From Planctomycetota bacterium (GTDB lineage Bacteria; Planctomycetota; Planctomycetia; Pirellulales; Lacipirellulaceae), in the NCBI GenBank assembly GCA_022614705.1, contig JAKEIB010000030.1:1-63646 (forward strand): a stretch of DNA of 63,646 nt, given 5' to 3'. Positions 55,414-63,646 of this stretch are shown one piece after another (the first letter of the stretch is position 1; each line of letters starts with the position of its first letter). The position numbers and the translations under genes are program-made. Below the pieces are notes generated by a model that was not told the origin of the DNA, made no database searches, and saw only the letters and a program-made list of their open reading frames with translations.

Positions 55414-56325
55414 CTAAGTAATGAGCGGTTGCAGCACGCCGCGGCTAATCCGCAGCGAACGCTTGCGGCCCTCCAGAGTATCGTGGAACGCCTCGTCCTC
55501 GACCTCCACACACACTGGGCCGTCGTAGCCGGCGTCGGTGAGCGCGCCAATCCACAGGCCCCACGGCACGTCGCCGAGGCCAGGGATTTTGGCAGTGCTG
55601 CGCGACATGGGCGGCTCGAGCGAGCCGATATCGTCGAGCCGATGGCGGTCGATTCGCATGTCCTTGGCGTGCGTGTGGAAAATCCGCGGGCCAAACTCGC
55701 GAATCGGGGCGATCGGGTCCATGAGCTGCATCACCAGGTGCGATGGGTCGTAGTTGAGTCCGAAGTTGGGCGACGGGATGGTTTCAAACATCCGCCGCCA
55801 GATCGCCGGCGTACGGGCCAGGTTCACGCCGAACGGCCAGGTGTACGGCATCAACATCGGGCAGTTCTCGATGCCGACCTTCACGCCGCGGTCCTCGGCA
55901 TAGCGAATGATATCGGGCCACACTTGGGTGAAGGTGGCGAAATTTTCCTCCAGCGGCCTCCATCGGTTCGCGCCGATGAACCCGTTGACACCCGACAGGC
56001 CAAGCAGCGGCGCGGCGGCGATCACTTTGCGAAAATGCGACCGCGCGACCTCAGCCTCGTTGGCGTCGTCGGAAAGCGCGTTGGCGTAGTATCCCAATGC
56101 TGACAACCGCACGTGATGCTTCTCGCATAGCGCCCGGACATCATCCGCCTGCGCTTGCGTGAAGTTTGTCACATCAATATGGCACACCCCGCCGTAAGGC
56201 CGGTCGACCGTCGCACTCGGCCAGCACATGGCTTCGACGCACTGATAACCCTCGCTGGCGGCGAACGACAGTACTTCTTCAAACGAAAGATCGCTGAGAA
56301 TAGCGGTCACGAATCCGAGTTGCAT
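55414..56325 (-). CDS. Sugar phosphate isomerase/epimerase (xylose isomerase-like TIM barrel)
   Basis: MQLGFVTAIL...GYQCVE...IENC...HTHAKD pattern. ATG 56325 is chosen over the Arg-rich upstream extension. Confidence 0.8.
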   Translation of the reverse strand: MQLGFVTAILSDLSFEEVLSFAASEGYQCVEAMCWPSATVDRPYGGVCHIDVTNFTQAQADDVRALCEKHHVRLSALGYYANALSDDANEAEVARSHFRKVIAAAPLLGLSGVNGFIGANRWRPLEENFATFTQVWPDIIRYAEDRGVKVGIENCPMLMPYTWPFGVNLARTPAIWRRMFETIPSPNFGLNYDPSHLVMQLMDPIAPIREFGPRIFHTHAKDMRIDRHRLDDIGSLEPPMSRSTAKIPGLGDVPWGLWIGALTDAGYDGPVCVEVEDEAFHDTLEGRKRSLRISRGVLQPLIT

Positions 56326-56342
56326 CGAAGATACCTCATCAC

Positions 56343-57311
56343 TTAAACACCCTTGATTCCGCACGCATCTTGGGCGCGCTTCAGAACTGCGGCTGCCTTT
56401 TTTCTTGCAACTGCCGCGCCGGCGGCGAGGATTTCCTTGATGCGGTCGGGGTGGCCGGCGAGCTCCGCGCGGCGCTTGCGGGGTTCGGCCCAAAATTTTT
56501 CGGCCGCGTCGGCGAGCGCTTTCTTGATTTCGCCGTATCCGAAGCCGCCGCGGCGGTAGAGCGCGGCCATCGTGTCGCGGTCGGACTCGGAGGCAACGAG
56601 TGAGTATAAATCGAACAGCACGTCGCCGGCCGGCTCTTTTGGCTGATCCATCTGGCGTGAGTCGGTGACGATTCGCATGATCTGCTTGCGCTGCGCTTTC
56701 GCGTCCTCAAACACGTTTAGCGTGTTGTTGTAGCTCTTGGACATTTTTTCGCCGTCGATACCGGGAACGCGAGCCGAGGTTTCGAGCACGTACGCCTTGG
56801 GCATCACGAATACATCGCCGAACTCGTGGTTGAAGCTGCCGGCCAGGTCGCGGCACACCTCGATGTGTTGCACCTGGTCCTCGCCGACAGGAACTGTATC
56901 GCTGTCGTACGCCAAGATGTCGGCCGCCTGCAGCACGGGGTAAGTGAACAACCCGGCATCCGCGATGAGACCTTTCGCTTTCTTGTCCTTGTAGGCGTGG
57001 CAGCGTTCCAGGAGGCCCATCGGCGCGCCGGTCATCAGCAGCCAACACAACTCGCTCACTTCCTGCACGTCGGATTGAACAAAGAGCGTGGCCTTGTCGG
57101 GGTTGAGGCCGAGGGCGAGCAAGTCGAGAGCGACGTCAAACGTCCACTGTCGGAGCTTGGCCGGGTTGCGGACCGTCGTCAGCGCGTGCAGATTGGCAAT
57201 GAAATAAAACGCCTGCTCGTTATCCTGCAGCGCGATGTATTGCCGGATCGCACCGAAGTAATTGCCCCAGTGGATGGGGCCGGTCGGTTGTATGCCGCTG
57301 AGGACGCGCAT
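56343..57311 (-). CDS. trpS: Tryptophan--tRNA ligase
   Basis: [18 protein letters not shown] (HIGH-type motif) and KMSKS present. ATG 57311. Confidence 0.95.
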   Translation of the reverse strand: MRVLSGIQPTGPIHWGNYFGAIRQYIALQDNEQAFYFIANLHALTTVRNPAKLRQWTFDVALDLLALGLNPDKATLFVQSDVQEVSELCWLLMTGAPMGLLERCHAYKDKKAKGLIADAGLFTYPVLQAADILAYDSDTVPVGEDQVQHIEVCRDLAGSFNHEFGDVFVMPKAYVLETSARVPGIDGEKMSKSYNNTLNVFEDAKAQRKQIMRIVTDSRQMDQPKEPAGDVLFDLYSLVASESDRDTMAALYRRGGFGYGEIKKALADAAEKFWAEPRKRRAELAGHPDRIKEILAAGAAVARKKAAAVLKRAQDACGIKGV

Positions 57312-57315
57312 GGGT

Positions 57316-57378
57316 ATTTCGGATTGCGGATTGCGGATTGAATGCCTTGGTAATCCGCAATCCGAAATCCGCAATTTG
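57316..57378. repeat. Periodic-arm inverted repeat (unit CGGATTG)
   Basis: Left arm atttcggattgcggattgcggattg. Right arm taatccgcaatccgaaatccgcaatttg. It lies directly upstream of the trpS start, in the pyrD-trpS spacer. Confidence 0.85.
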
Positions 57379-57385
57379 AAAGAGT

Positions 57386-58330
57386 TTACGGTCGCCTATC
57401 GTTTCCAGTTACTAACGTTCCGACAATGTCACCCACGCAAGTCGCCCCCGCCTCGGCGAGGGCCGCCGGCAGCGCGTCGCGCACTTCGATGGACGCCTTT
57501 GGATTGTAAAAGTTCACCGTGCCGAGTTGAACCGCTGTGGCGCCGGCGACGAAAAATTCCATCACATCATCCATCGTGGCGATGCCGCCGATGCCGATGA
57601 TGGGCGTTTCGACCGCCTGAGCCGCCTGGTAGACGGCACGCAGGGCGATGGGCTTGATCGCGGGGCCGCTGAGGCCGCCCATCACGTTGCCCAGCATTGG
57701 CCGGCGCTTGCGCCAGTTGATCGCCATGCCGAGGCAGGTGTTGACAAGCGAAATGGCGTCGGCGCCGCCGGCCGCCGCGGCTTTGGCGATGGCCGGGATA
57801 CTCTTGACGTTCGGCGTGAGCTTGGCAATGATCGGTGTCGCGGTCACCGCGCGGCAATCGGCGACGAGTCGCTCACACATCGCGGCGTCGGTGCCGAAAT
57901 CGACGCCGCCCGATACATTCGGGCACGAAATGTTGAGCTCGATCGCCGCGATGCCATGCAGCCCATCGAGCCGGGCCGTCATGCGCACGAACTCGTCGTG
58001 CGTGCGCCCGGCGATGCTGACGATAATCGGCACGCCCAAACCGGCGAGGTACGGCAAATGATGCGCGACGAACGCTTCGATGCCGTCGTTATCGAGGCCG
58101 ATCGAATTGAGCATGCCGGCCGCGGTTTCGATCGTGCGCCACGGCGCGTTGCCGGCGCGCGGCTCCTGCGTGATCGTCTTCGGCAGGATGCCGCCCAGTC
58201 GGCGGACGTCGACCAAGCCCTCCATCTCGCGGGCATAGCCGAACGTGCCCGAGGCCACCAAGATTGGATTCGGCAAGTGCAAACGGCCGAGTTGGACGGT
58301 GAGATCGATGTGGGGCGTTGCCGGAGGCAT
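57386..58330 (-). CDS. pyrD: Dihydroorotate dehydrogenase (class 1-type catalytic subunit)
   Basis: [25 protein letters not shown] and IGIGGI. ATG 58330. Confidence 0.9.
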   Translation of the reverse strand: MPPATPHIDLTVQLGRLHLPNPILVASGTFGYAREMEGLVDVRRLGGILPKTITQEPRAGNAPWRTIETAAGMLNSIGLDNDGIEAFVAHHLPYLAGLGVPIIVSIAGRTHDEFVRMTARLDGLHGIAAIELNISCPNVSGGVDFGTDAAMCERLVADCRAVTATPIIAKLTPNVKSIPAIAKAAAAGGADAISLVNTCLGMAINWRKRRPMLGNVMGGLSGPAIKPIALRAVYQAAQAVETPIIGIGGIATMDDVMEFFVAGATAVQLGTVNFYNPKASIEVRDALPAALAEAGATCVGDIVGTLVTGNDRRP

Positions 58331-58459
58331 TGCGGGTCCGGTGTTGAAGATTGCAAATTGCAACGTGAGTCGCGTGCGCGACCAAATTTTCAATGGTCAC
58401 GTGGCCAATTGCAATCCCCCTGCGCGAACGCCATGCGTCGGATGCGGGAGCGACAACGC

Positions 58460-58678
58460 TTAAATAATTCCGCCGTGCGTTCGCAGCGGCTTCATGTGGC
58501 TCGGCTGGTCGAGGAACCAGATGCGTTCCCATTCGTCGAGGAACGTGCGCAGGTCTTCGGACGTGAAGATCAATTGCTGCGCACGCCGGGCCGGATCGGC
58601 GGAATACATGGGAATCAGGCAACCCGTGCACGCGGCCAACCAGCCTGCCGTCACGATAGCCAACATAATGGTGCGCAT
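58460..58678 (-). CDS. Small putative lipoprotein (72 aa)
   Basis: MRTIMLAIVTAGWLAACTGC is a lipobox-like signal. The ATG is preceded by GGGAGGA. Confidence 0.45.
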   Translation of the reverse strand: MRTIMLAIVTAGWLAACTGCLIPMYSADPARRAQQLIFTSEDLRTFLDEWERIWFLDQPSHMKPLRTHGGII

Positions 58679-59014
58679 TCGACAAATCCTCCCTGATCGT
58701 GCTGCGCCGTTCGCGGCGCGCATCAACCGTTGCGCATGAAGCGCGGAGCTCCAGCGAAAATCGTATTGGCCTGCGGGCACGGCGGTGCCGGACCTGCTCA
58801 GGCTTTTTGTGGTTCAAATTCGATTCGCAGCGGGAAGAGATGTTGCGAATCGGCAAGCCGCGTGGGTCGCGCGACAATTGGAAAAGTATTTGGCGGAAAA
58901 GCGGCGGAACGATAGCGATTCGTGGGCCACGCGGCGAGGCCAACTTCGACCAGGCTGGATTGCGAAGCCGCCCAGCCGCAGCCGTCTGCCTTGATTGGGA
59001 TTCCGCTAGCGATG

Positions 59015-59374
59015 CTAACCTGTTGGCGGCGAATGACTTTCGGCGTCTGGGGCGCCGTTGGGTTGGGCGTAGCCGGCCTGTTCGGCGGCTTGACGCTCCA
59101 TTTCGCGGACGCGTTCCTCCATCTCTTTGCCAGGCTTGAATGTGACCACAAACTTCTCAGGCACAAAGACTTTATCGCCCGTCCGAGGGTTGCGGGCCTT
59201 GCGTGCGGCCCGTCGTTTGACCTCGAAAACGCCGAAATTTCGGAGTTCGATGCGATGATCCTCGACGAGCGTCTCAACGATTGCGTCGAACGTCTTTTGG
59301 ACGATTTCCTTGGTCTTGAGTTGCGTGAGCCCAATCTCCTCGGAGATGGTTTTAACAATCTCTTTCTTGGTCAC
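59015..59374 (-). CDS. HU/IHF-family DNA-binding protein with acidic/Ala-rich C-terminal extension
   Basis: [16 protein letters not shown]...[41 protein letters not shown]. The GTG 59374 start is consistent with a promoter-like site upstream. Confidence 0.85.
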   Translation of the reverse strand: MTKKEIVKTISEEIGLTQLKTKEIVQKTFDAIVETLVEDHRIELRNFGVFEVKRRAARKARNPRTGDKVFVPEKFVVTFKPGKEMEERVREMERQAAEQAGYAQPNGAPDAESHSPPTG

Positions 59375-59454
59375 GATGGAGTCCCCTATGAGACCGGCCA
59401 AATGGACGAAGTCGCAGTAAGAGCGGCAGCGTCGCTCATGCCCCAAGTGTAATT

Positions 59455-59483
59455 GTGCCAAGCACTAGTGTCAACAACGCGTG
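59455..59483 (-). promoter_or_regulatory. Sigma-70-like promoter candidate for the HU/IHF gene
   Basis: On the minus strand: TTGACA (59483-59478), a 17-nt spacer, then TACACT (59460-59455), about 80 nt upstream of GTG 59374. Confidence 0.3.
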
Positions 59484-59793
59484 GCGGCGACTGCGCGACT
59501 TATGGCGACCGAATCGCCCTGGAGCGGCAGCTGGAGCCAGCGCCATGGTGACGTTCACTCGTTTGGATAAACTCGGATTGTCAAAGAACTTAGCGGCTGC
59601 CGCGGACGCGCCGTGCTGCCACGATTGGCTAAATGGCATGCATAACACGTTGGTACTAAATTGTTTACGTCATAAACCAGCGGCTTTAGCGTGGTTCGGC
59701 ACCGCCACAATGCGTTTATCATCGTCGCCGCAATCGTCAATCTTAAGTTCATCGTTAAACTTTACCGCGCGGTGCCAGCACGGATGGCGCCTT

Positions 59794-60240
59794 TCAGAGG
59801 CGGATGGCCGCGGCCTGTTGTTCGATGGCTTCGAGCTGATAGAGCTTGCCAGTGCCGCTGCCGGGGCAGACGCGGCACGTTTCGGCCCAGGCTTCGGGTG
59901 TGCGAATGTTGGAATCCCAGAATGGCCAGGTGCGACACTGCCGCGGCCTGGCCGCGTAAACGGTGCATTTGCGCGTTTCTCCGTCCAGGAACACGCAGTC
60001 GTAGTTCTTACGTTCCTTGAGGCTTTTTCGAACGCCGATTTGTCGCACGTAACGTTTTTCAAACGTGTCGATATCGACACCGATCTCGGCCGCGAGCGCG
60101 GTAATCTCCTCGCCGTTGACCCAAACGTAGCCGGGCGCGCCGGTGCAGCAATCGCCGCAGCCGGTGCATTGGAATCGCAGGCCATCCTTGTACCAGGGCT
60201 GTTTATCGTTGTTCGGCATAAAGTAGCAGGCACCGGGCAC
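59794..60240 (-). CDS. YkgJ-family cysteine-cluster (zinc/iron-chelating) protein
   Basis: FQCTGCGDCCTG...CVFLD...CTVYAARPRQCRTWPFW. Confidence 0.8.
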   Translation of the reverse strand: MPGACYFMPNNDKQPWYKDGLRFQCTGCGDCCTGAPGYVWVNGEEITALAAEIGVDIDTFEKRYVRQIGVRKSLKERKNYDCVFLDGETRKCTVYAARPRQCRTWPFWDSNIRTPEAWAETCRVCPGSGTGKLYQLEAIEQQAAAIRL

Positions 60241-60300
60241 CCGCCGCGGCGGGTCGGTGTGCCGTCCGCATACTGTTTTGAATGCAATTTGGTGTGTGGG

Positions 60301-61488
60301 TTACGGCACACGGAGTGTGCTTACTACACTGGCCACACTCTGCAGCGTGGCGATAACTGCGTCAATTTGTTGGAAGGTGGTGAAGTAGCCGGGGCTAATG
60401 CGCAGGGTGCCGCCGGTGGCGGTGGTGCCGAGTGATTCGTGCATGCGCGGGGCGCAGTGGAGGCCGGCGCGACATTGGATGCCGTGGGCGGACTCGAGCA
60501 CGGCGGCCAGTTCTTGTGGGTCGTAGCCTTCGACGGTGATGCTGACGACGCTCGTGCGATTGGCGGTGGTCGGCGGGCCGTGCACGGTGACGCTTGCGAT
60601 AGTGCGAAGGCCGTCGAGGAGTCGCTTGGTGAGCTGCGTGTGGTGAGCGTGAATGGCATCGATTGATTTGTCGTGCAAAAACGTGACGGCCGCGGTGAGG
60701 CCGGCGAGGCCGGGTAGGTTGTGATTGCCCGATTCATACTTTTCGGGAAGTTCGTCGGGCTGTCGATCGACCTCGCTTTGCGTGCCGGTGCCGCCGCAAC
60801 GCAGGGGCTGCAGCTCGCGTTCGACGCCCGGGCGAATGTATAAAACGGCCGTGCCGAGCGGGCCGAGGAGGCCTTTGTGGCCGGGCGCGGCGAGTAAATC
60901 GACCTCGAATTCTCGGATGTCGATCGGCACGTGACCGAGCGATTGGGCCGCGTCGACTAAATACAACGCGTCCGACTCGCGGACGATGCGGCCGATCTCT
61001 TCAATTAGTTGAATTGCACCGGTAACGTTTGACGCATGGTTCACCGCGACCAATCGAGTATTCGGCCGCAACGCGGCGCGGACGTCGTCCGGGGAGACGA
61101 ATCCGTGGCCGTCGGACGGGACGTAGCTCACCGATACGTCGGCCGTCTCACGCAGCGCTCGCAGCGGCCGCAGGACAGAATTGTGGTCGCAGACGGTCGT
61201 CACGACATGGTCGCCCGGTCGGACGACGCCGCGAATGGCGATGTTCAGCACGTCGGTGCCATTAAAGCCGAAGACGATTCGCGAGGGATCCTGGGCGCCG
61301 ATCAGCTCGGCCACGCCGCTGCGAGCCCGCTCGACGATGCGATTCGACTGGAGCGCTTCGCGATAACCGCTGCGGCCGTTGGGGGCGCCGATTTCGCGTT
61401 GGTAGCGATCGACGGCGTCGTAAACCGCGTCGGGTTTGGGCCAGCTTGTCGCGGCGTTGTCGAGGTAGAGGCGGTGGTTAGATTTCAT
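60301..61488 (-). CDS. Class V aminotransferase / cysteine desulfurase family protein
   Basis: YLDNAATSWPKP, HASNVTG, and APGHKGLLGPLGTAVLY (PLP Lys). Confidence 0.85.
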   Translation of the reverse strand: MKSNHRLYLDNAATSWPKPDAVYDAVDRYQREIGAPNGRSGYREALQSNRIVERARSGVAELIGAQDPSRIVFGFNGTDVLNIAIRGVVRPGDHVVTTVCDHNSVLRPLRALRETADVSVSYVPSDGHGFVSPDDVRAALRPNTRLVAVNHASNVTGAIQLIEEIGRIVRESDALYLVDAAQSLGHVPIDIREFEVDLLAAPGHKGLLGPLGTAVLYIRPGVERELQPLRCGGTGTQSEVDRQPDELPEKYESGNHNLPGLAGLTAAVTFLHDKSIDAIHAHHTQLTKRLLDGLRTIASVTVHGPPTTANRTSVVSITVEGYDPQELAAVLESAHGIQCRAGLHCAPRMHESLGTTATGGTLRISPGYFTTFQQIDAVIATLQSVASVVSTLRVP

Positions 61489-61603
61489 CGTTCACATTAT
61501 AGGCGAGGCATGCGGAGGAAGGCACGGGGCGTGGGGCGGGGGCATGGAGTGGGGAGTACAAAGTACGGGGTACGGAGTGCAGAGTACGGAGTGCGTTCAA
61601 GTG

Positions 61604-62881
61604 TTAGGGAGAGTTTGATGCGGAAGTTGGTTTTGGCATCCAAGGTTTGAAGAGGTCGGCAAATTGATCGGCTAAATCCGTAGATTGCCAAAACTCTCCC
61701 CCGGGGTTTTGGCAATCTACGCCGGGGAGCTTCCACATCCACTGGCCGAAGGGGAATGGTCCTTGGCGCACTGCTGTGCCGCCGAGCTCGCGAAATGCCC
61801 GGTACAACGTGCGAGTTGAGATTGCGTTCGCATCGGCTTCTTGTTTGAGGTCGCGAGTCGCGCGAGGGCCATTGGCCAGCCGTTCTTGCAGCCAGGCGAT
61901 TGCGTGCTGGCGTTCGTCGTCGGGCCGGCCGTTTAATCGGGCGCAGCCGACGAGGGCTTCGGCGGTGGTGTGCACGGCGTCCGGCGACCAGCGGATTACG
62001 GGTACGCGGTGGTTGGCGCTCAACTCAATGGTATAGGCGAGGCCGGTGATGTCCGGGGCGAGGTTGTTTTTGATCGGCAAAAGAAACCGCTTGTTCGCGT
62101 CGGCTGGATCCTTGCAAAGAAGCCAGGCGGCGCGGGAGGCGGCGACGAAGGCCAGGCTGCCCATGGTGCGGTAGATGGCAGCGCCTTCTTTTTTTCGCAA
62201 GTGACTGACGAGGATCACGGCAATTTCGCGCTCGCGCGCCAGGGTGGCAAGCGCGGCGAGGAGCGATTGTATGTCGGCGTTGGAATGTTCATTGGTGTTG
62301 CCGAGGTAGGCGCTGATCGGATCGATAATGAGCAGGCGACAATCGGGGATGGCGTTGAGCAGGTTGGAAAGTCGGGCCAAGTCGCGATTGAGGGCGAAGG
62401 CGCGGGGCACGTCCTTGGCGTTTTCGCCGGGGACGTTGGAAATGGCGAGGATGCGCGAGCAGTCGGCGCCGAGCGCTTCGAGGCGCGGACGGATGGTGTC
62501 GGCGAGGTCGTCTTCGGCGGTCAGCAAGAGCACGGAAGAGGGGGAGACGGGGAGAGGGGGAGATGGGGAGATTCGTGAAGCTAACGGAGAGGGATTCTCC
62601 CCCTCGCCCCATCTCCCACTCTCCCCCTCTTGATCTGGCCAGGCGGCGCCGCGGGAGACTCTGGCGGCGATGTCGAGCGTGAGCAGGCTTTTGCCGATGC
62701 CGGGGTCACTCACGAGGAGCGTGACGCGGCCGAGCGGGATGCGGCCGGGCCAGAGCCAGCGGATGTTGGTGGGTTTGACGTCGGTCAATCGGACGGCGCC
62801 GGCGATACGCTCGGCGTGGAGGACGTCGCGCGGGGCGGGAAACGTGAAGGGGTAATGGGCGGGTTGGGACGCTTTGGGCAT
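61604..62881 (-). CDS. RecA-like AAA_25-type ATPase with C-terminal HTH-like region (phage/plasmid RepA-like)
   Basis: IRWLWPGRIPLGRVTLLVSDPGIGKS (Walker A), LLLTAEDD, LLIIDPISAY (Walker B) and VILVSHLRK. The C-terminal ISTRTLYRAFRELG is HTH-like. ATG 62881 is chosen. Confidence 0.75.
   Translation of the reverse strand: MPKASQPAHYPFTFPAPRDVLHAERIAGAVRLTDVKPTNIRWLWPGRIPLGRVTLLVSDPGIGKSLLTLDIAARVSRGAAWPDQEGESGRWGEGENPSPLASRISPSPPLPVSPSSVLLLTAEDDLADTIRPRLEALGADCSRILAISNVPGENAKDVPRAFALNRDLARLSNLLNAIPDCRLLIIDPISAYLGNTNEHSNADIQSLLAALATLAREREIAVILVSHLRKKEGAAIYRTMGSLAFVAASRAAWLLCKDPADANKRFLLPIKNNLAPDITGLAYTIELSANHRVPVIRWSPDAVHTTAEALVGCARLNGRPDDERQHAIAWLQERLANGPRATRDLKQEADANAISTRTLYRAFRELGGTAVRQGPFPFGQWMWKLPGVDCQNPGGEFWQSTDLADQFADLFKPWMPKPTSASNSP
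62538..62629. repeat. Periodic-arm inverted repeat (unit GGGGAGA) embedded in-frame in the AAA_25 ATPase gene
   Basis: Left arm gagggggagacggggagagggggagatggggagattc. Right arm gattctccccctcgccccatctcccactctccccctc. It encodes EGESGRWGEGENPSPLASRISPSPPLPVSPS. Confidence 0.8.
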
Positions 62882-63127
62882 GGGATTTCGGTTGGCGGAT
62901 AAATGACGGTGTAGAACGAAAGTGCGCAGCGGTAGCGAGAGCCTGTTAGGGGGCTTGTGCTGAGAACTGCTCAGGCGTACACTAAGCGACATCCCCCAGC
63001 ATAGCGAGTCGTCTGGAGAAATCAACGAGGATTTTTGGCCACCTAATGCGTAGAGCCGTGCGACCATCCATCATTCCGCGATTTCACACGGAGCATAAGT
63101 GGAGAACGAGAGCCTTCGGCGTGCAAC

Positions 63128-63484
63128 TCACCTGAGCGGTGGCAAGTCCGGCTGTTGATCGGCAGGAAAAATCTTAAGGCCATGTTCGACGACGTACTTA
63201 AGCGGAATCTTTGGATTATTGATATCCTTTTGATTGGAGTTCCACTTCTCGGTCCACTTGGTGAAGAACGGTTCCAGTTTTTCGACAGGCATATAATAGA
63301 CTGCTTCTAACTCGATGCCGCGATAAACTGCAAATACCCAGTCAACTTTTCGATACTTCGCAATAATGGTCGGATTCAAATGATGGTGCGTTGTAAAGCT
63401 TGTGACCCGATCAACATTGAGCGTTTTGAGTTCTTGCCGCCCCGTCTCATCGACCGCGTCATTGCCTTCCCTGGTTTTCAGCAA
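63128..63484 (-). CDS. Hypothetical protein (about 118 aa)
   Basis: Open frame in a visibly less GC-rich stretch with protein-like composition ([32 protein letters not shown]). Only a TTG start is available. No motif recognised. Confidence 0.35.
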   Translation of the reverse strand: MLKTREGNDAVDETGRQELKTLNVDRVTSFTTHHHLNPTIIAKYRKVDWVFAVYRGIELEAVYYMPVEKLEPFFTKWTEKWNSNQKDINNPKIPLKYVVEHGLKIFPADQQPDLPPLR

Positions 63485-63556
63485 CTTCAGTCCGGTAACA
63501 AGCGCGAGCTGCAGATACTTGCCCCGGTTGTCTTGAAAGATATCCGGTATCAGTAG

Positions 63557-63646
63557 TGTCCGGCTATAAGTCGAACAGTTTCAGTTGGTTAGGGTCGGAG
63601 GATTCTGGAAACGGTTGATGTTTGGCGGTGAGGGCCTCAAACAGCG
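63557..63646 (-). CDS. 3' end of an unidentified gene (continues beyond the window)
   Basis: The frame is open from the window edge to TAG at 63559-63557 and reads ...[26 protein letters not shown]. Only 29 codons are visible. Confidence 0.25.

Noticed and set aside
58089-58943. 284-aa minus-strand ORF and the 59455-60435 plus-strand ORF in the region around the HU/IHF gene
   Set aside because: Their composition is not protein-like. They overlap pyrD, the small lipoprotein gene and ykgJ in other frames or strands. I treat the 58679-59014 and 59375-59793 stretches as non-coding.

Overview
This is a visibly GC-rich chromosomal segment whose gene content points to Planctomycetota, probably Pirellulales-like. 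The markers are an arylsulfatase with a CSPTR motif, DUF1080, DUF1570-like and YdjY-like proteins, an RRM RNA-binding protein, an RNA polymerase alpha-CTD-only protein, and a murB-ftsQ remnant with no ftsA/ftsZ after it. I call about 58 protein-coding genes. Most are housekeeping: murB, csrA, hslVU, msrB, uvrD/pcrA, yggS, ispG, sucCD, apbE, greA, rpoD, dnaG, htrA-like, aat, trpS, pyrD, HU/IHF and a class V cysteine desulfurase. I found no rRNA, tRNA or CRISPR array. The most unusual property is non-coding: almost every intergenic gap holds a structured palindromic repeat. Three kinds stand out. (i) A BIME-like element bounded by CTGTAGCTGG...CCAGCTACAG with two internal hairpins occurs in 6 copies. 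(ii) 'Periodic-arm' hairpins have arms built from 2-4 tandem degenerate 7-10 nt units. Eleven intergenic loci carry these, including inside the hslV-hslU and sucC-sucD operons, and a twelfth copy sits in-frame inside one coding sequence; a separate plain GC-rich hairpin sits in-frame in sucC. (iii) Several smaller families share the same plan of terminal inverted repeats plus two hairpins. One IS200/IS605-type Y1 transposase (RAYT) is flanked by its own inverted REP hairpins. The best candidates for undescribed protein systems are: a translationally coupled three-gene operon (4-TM protein with an arrestin-like module, a small paralogous soluble module, and a minimal P-loop ATPase) at 20663-22831; a zinc-ribbon/TM protein carrying only the OB domain of an ATP-dependent DNA ligase at 52294-53454; a membrane-anchored Mrr-type nuclease at 16582-17475; and a tandem pair of proline-rich putative outer-membrane barrel proteins at 31629-34265. 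All functional calls rest on motif recognition by eye. No database search was run.
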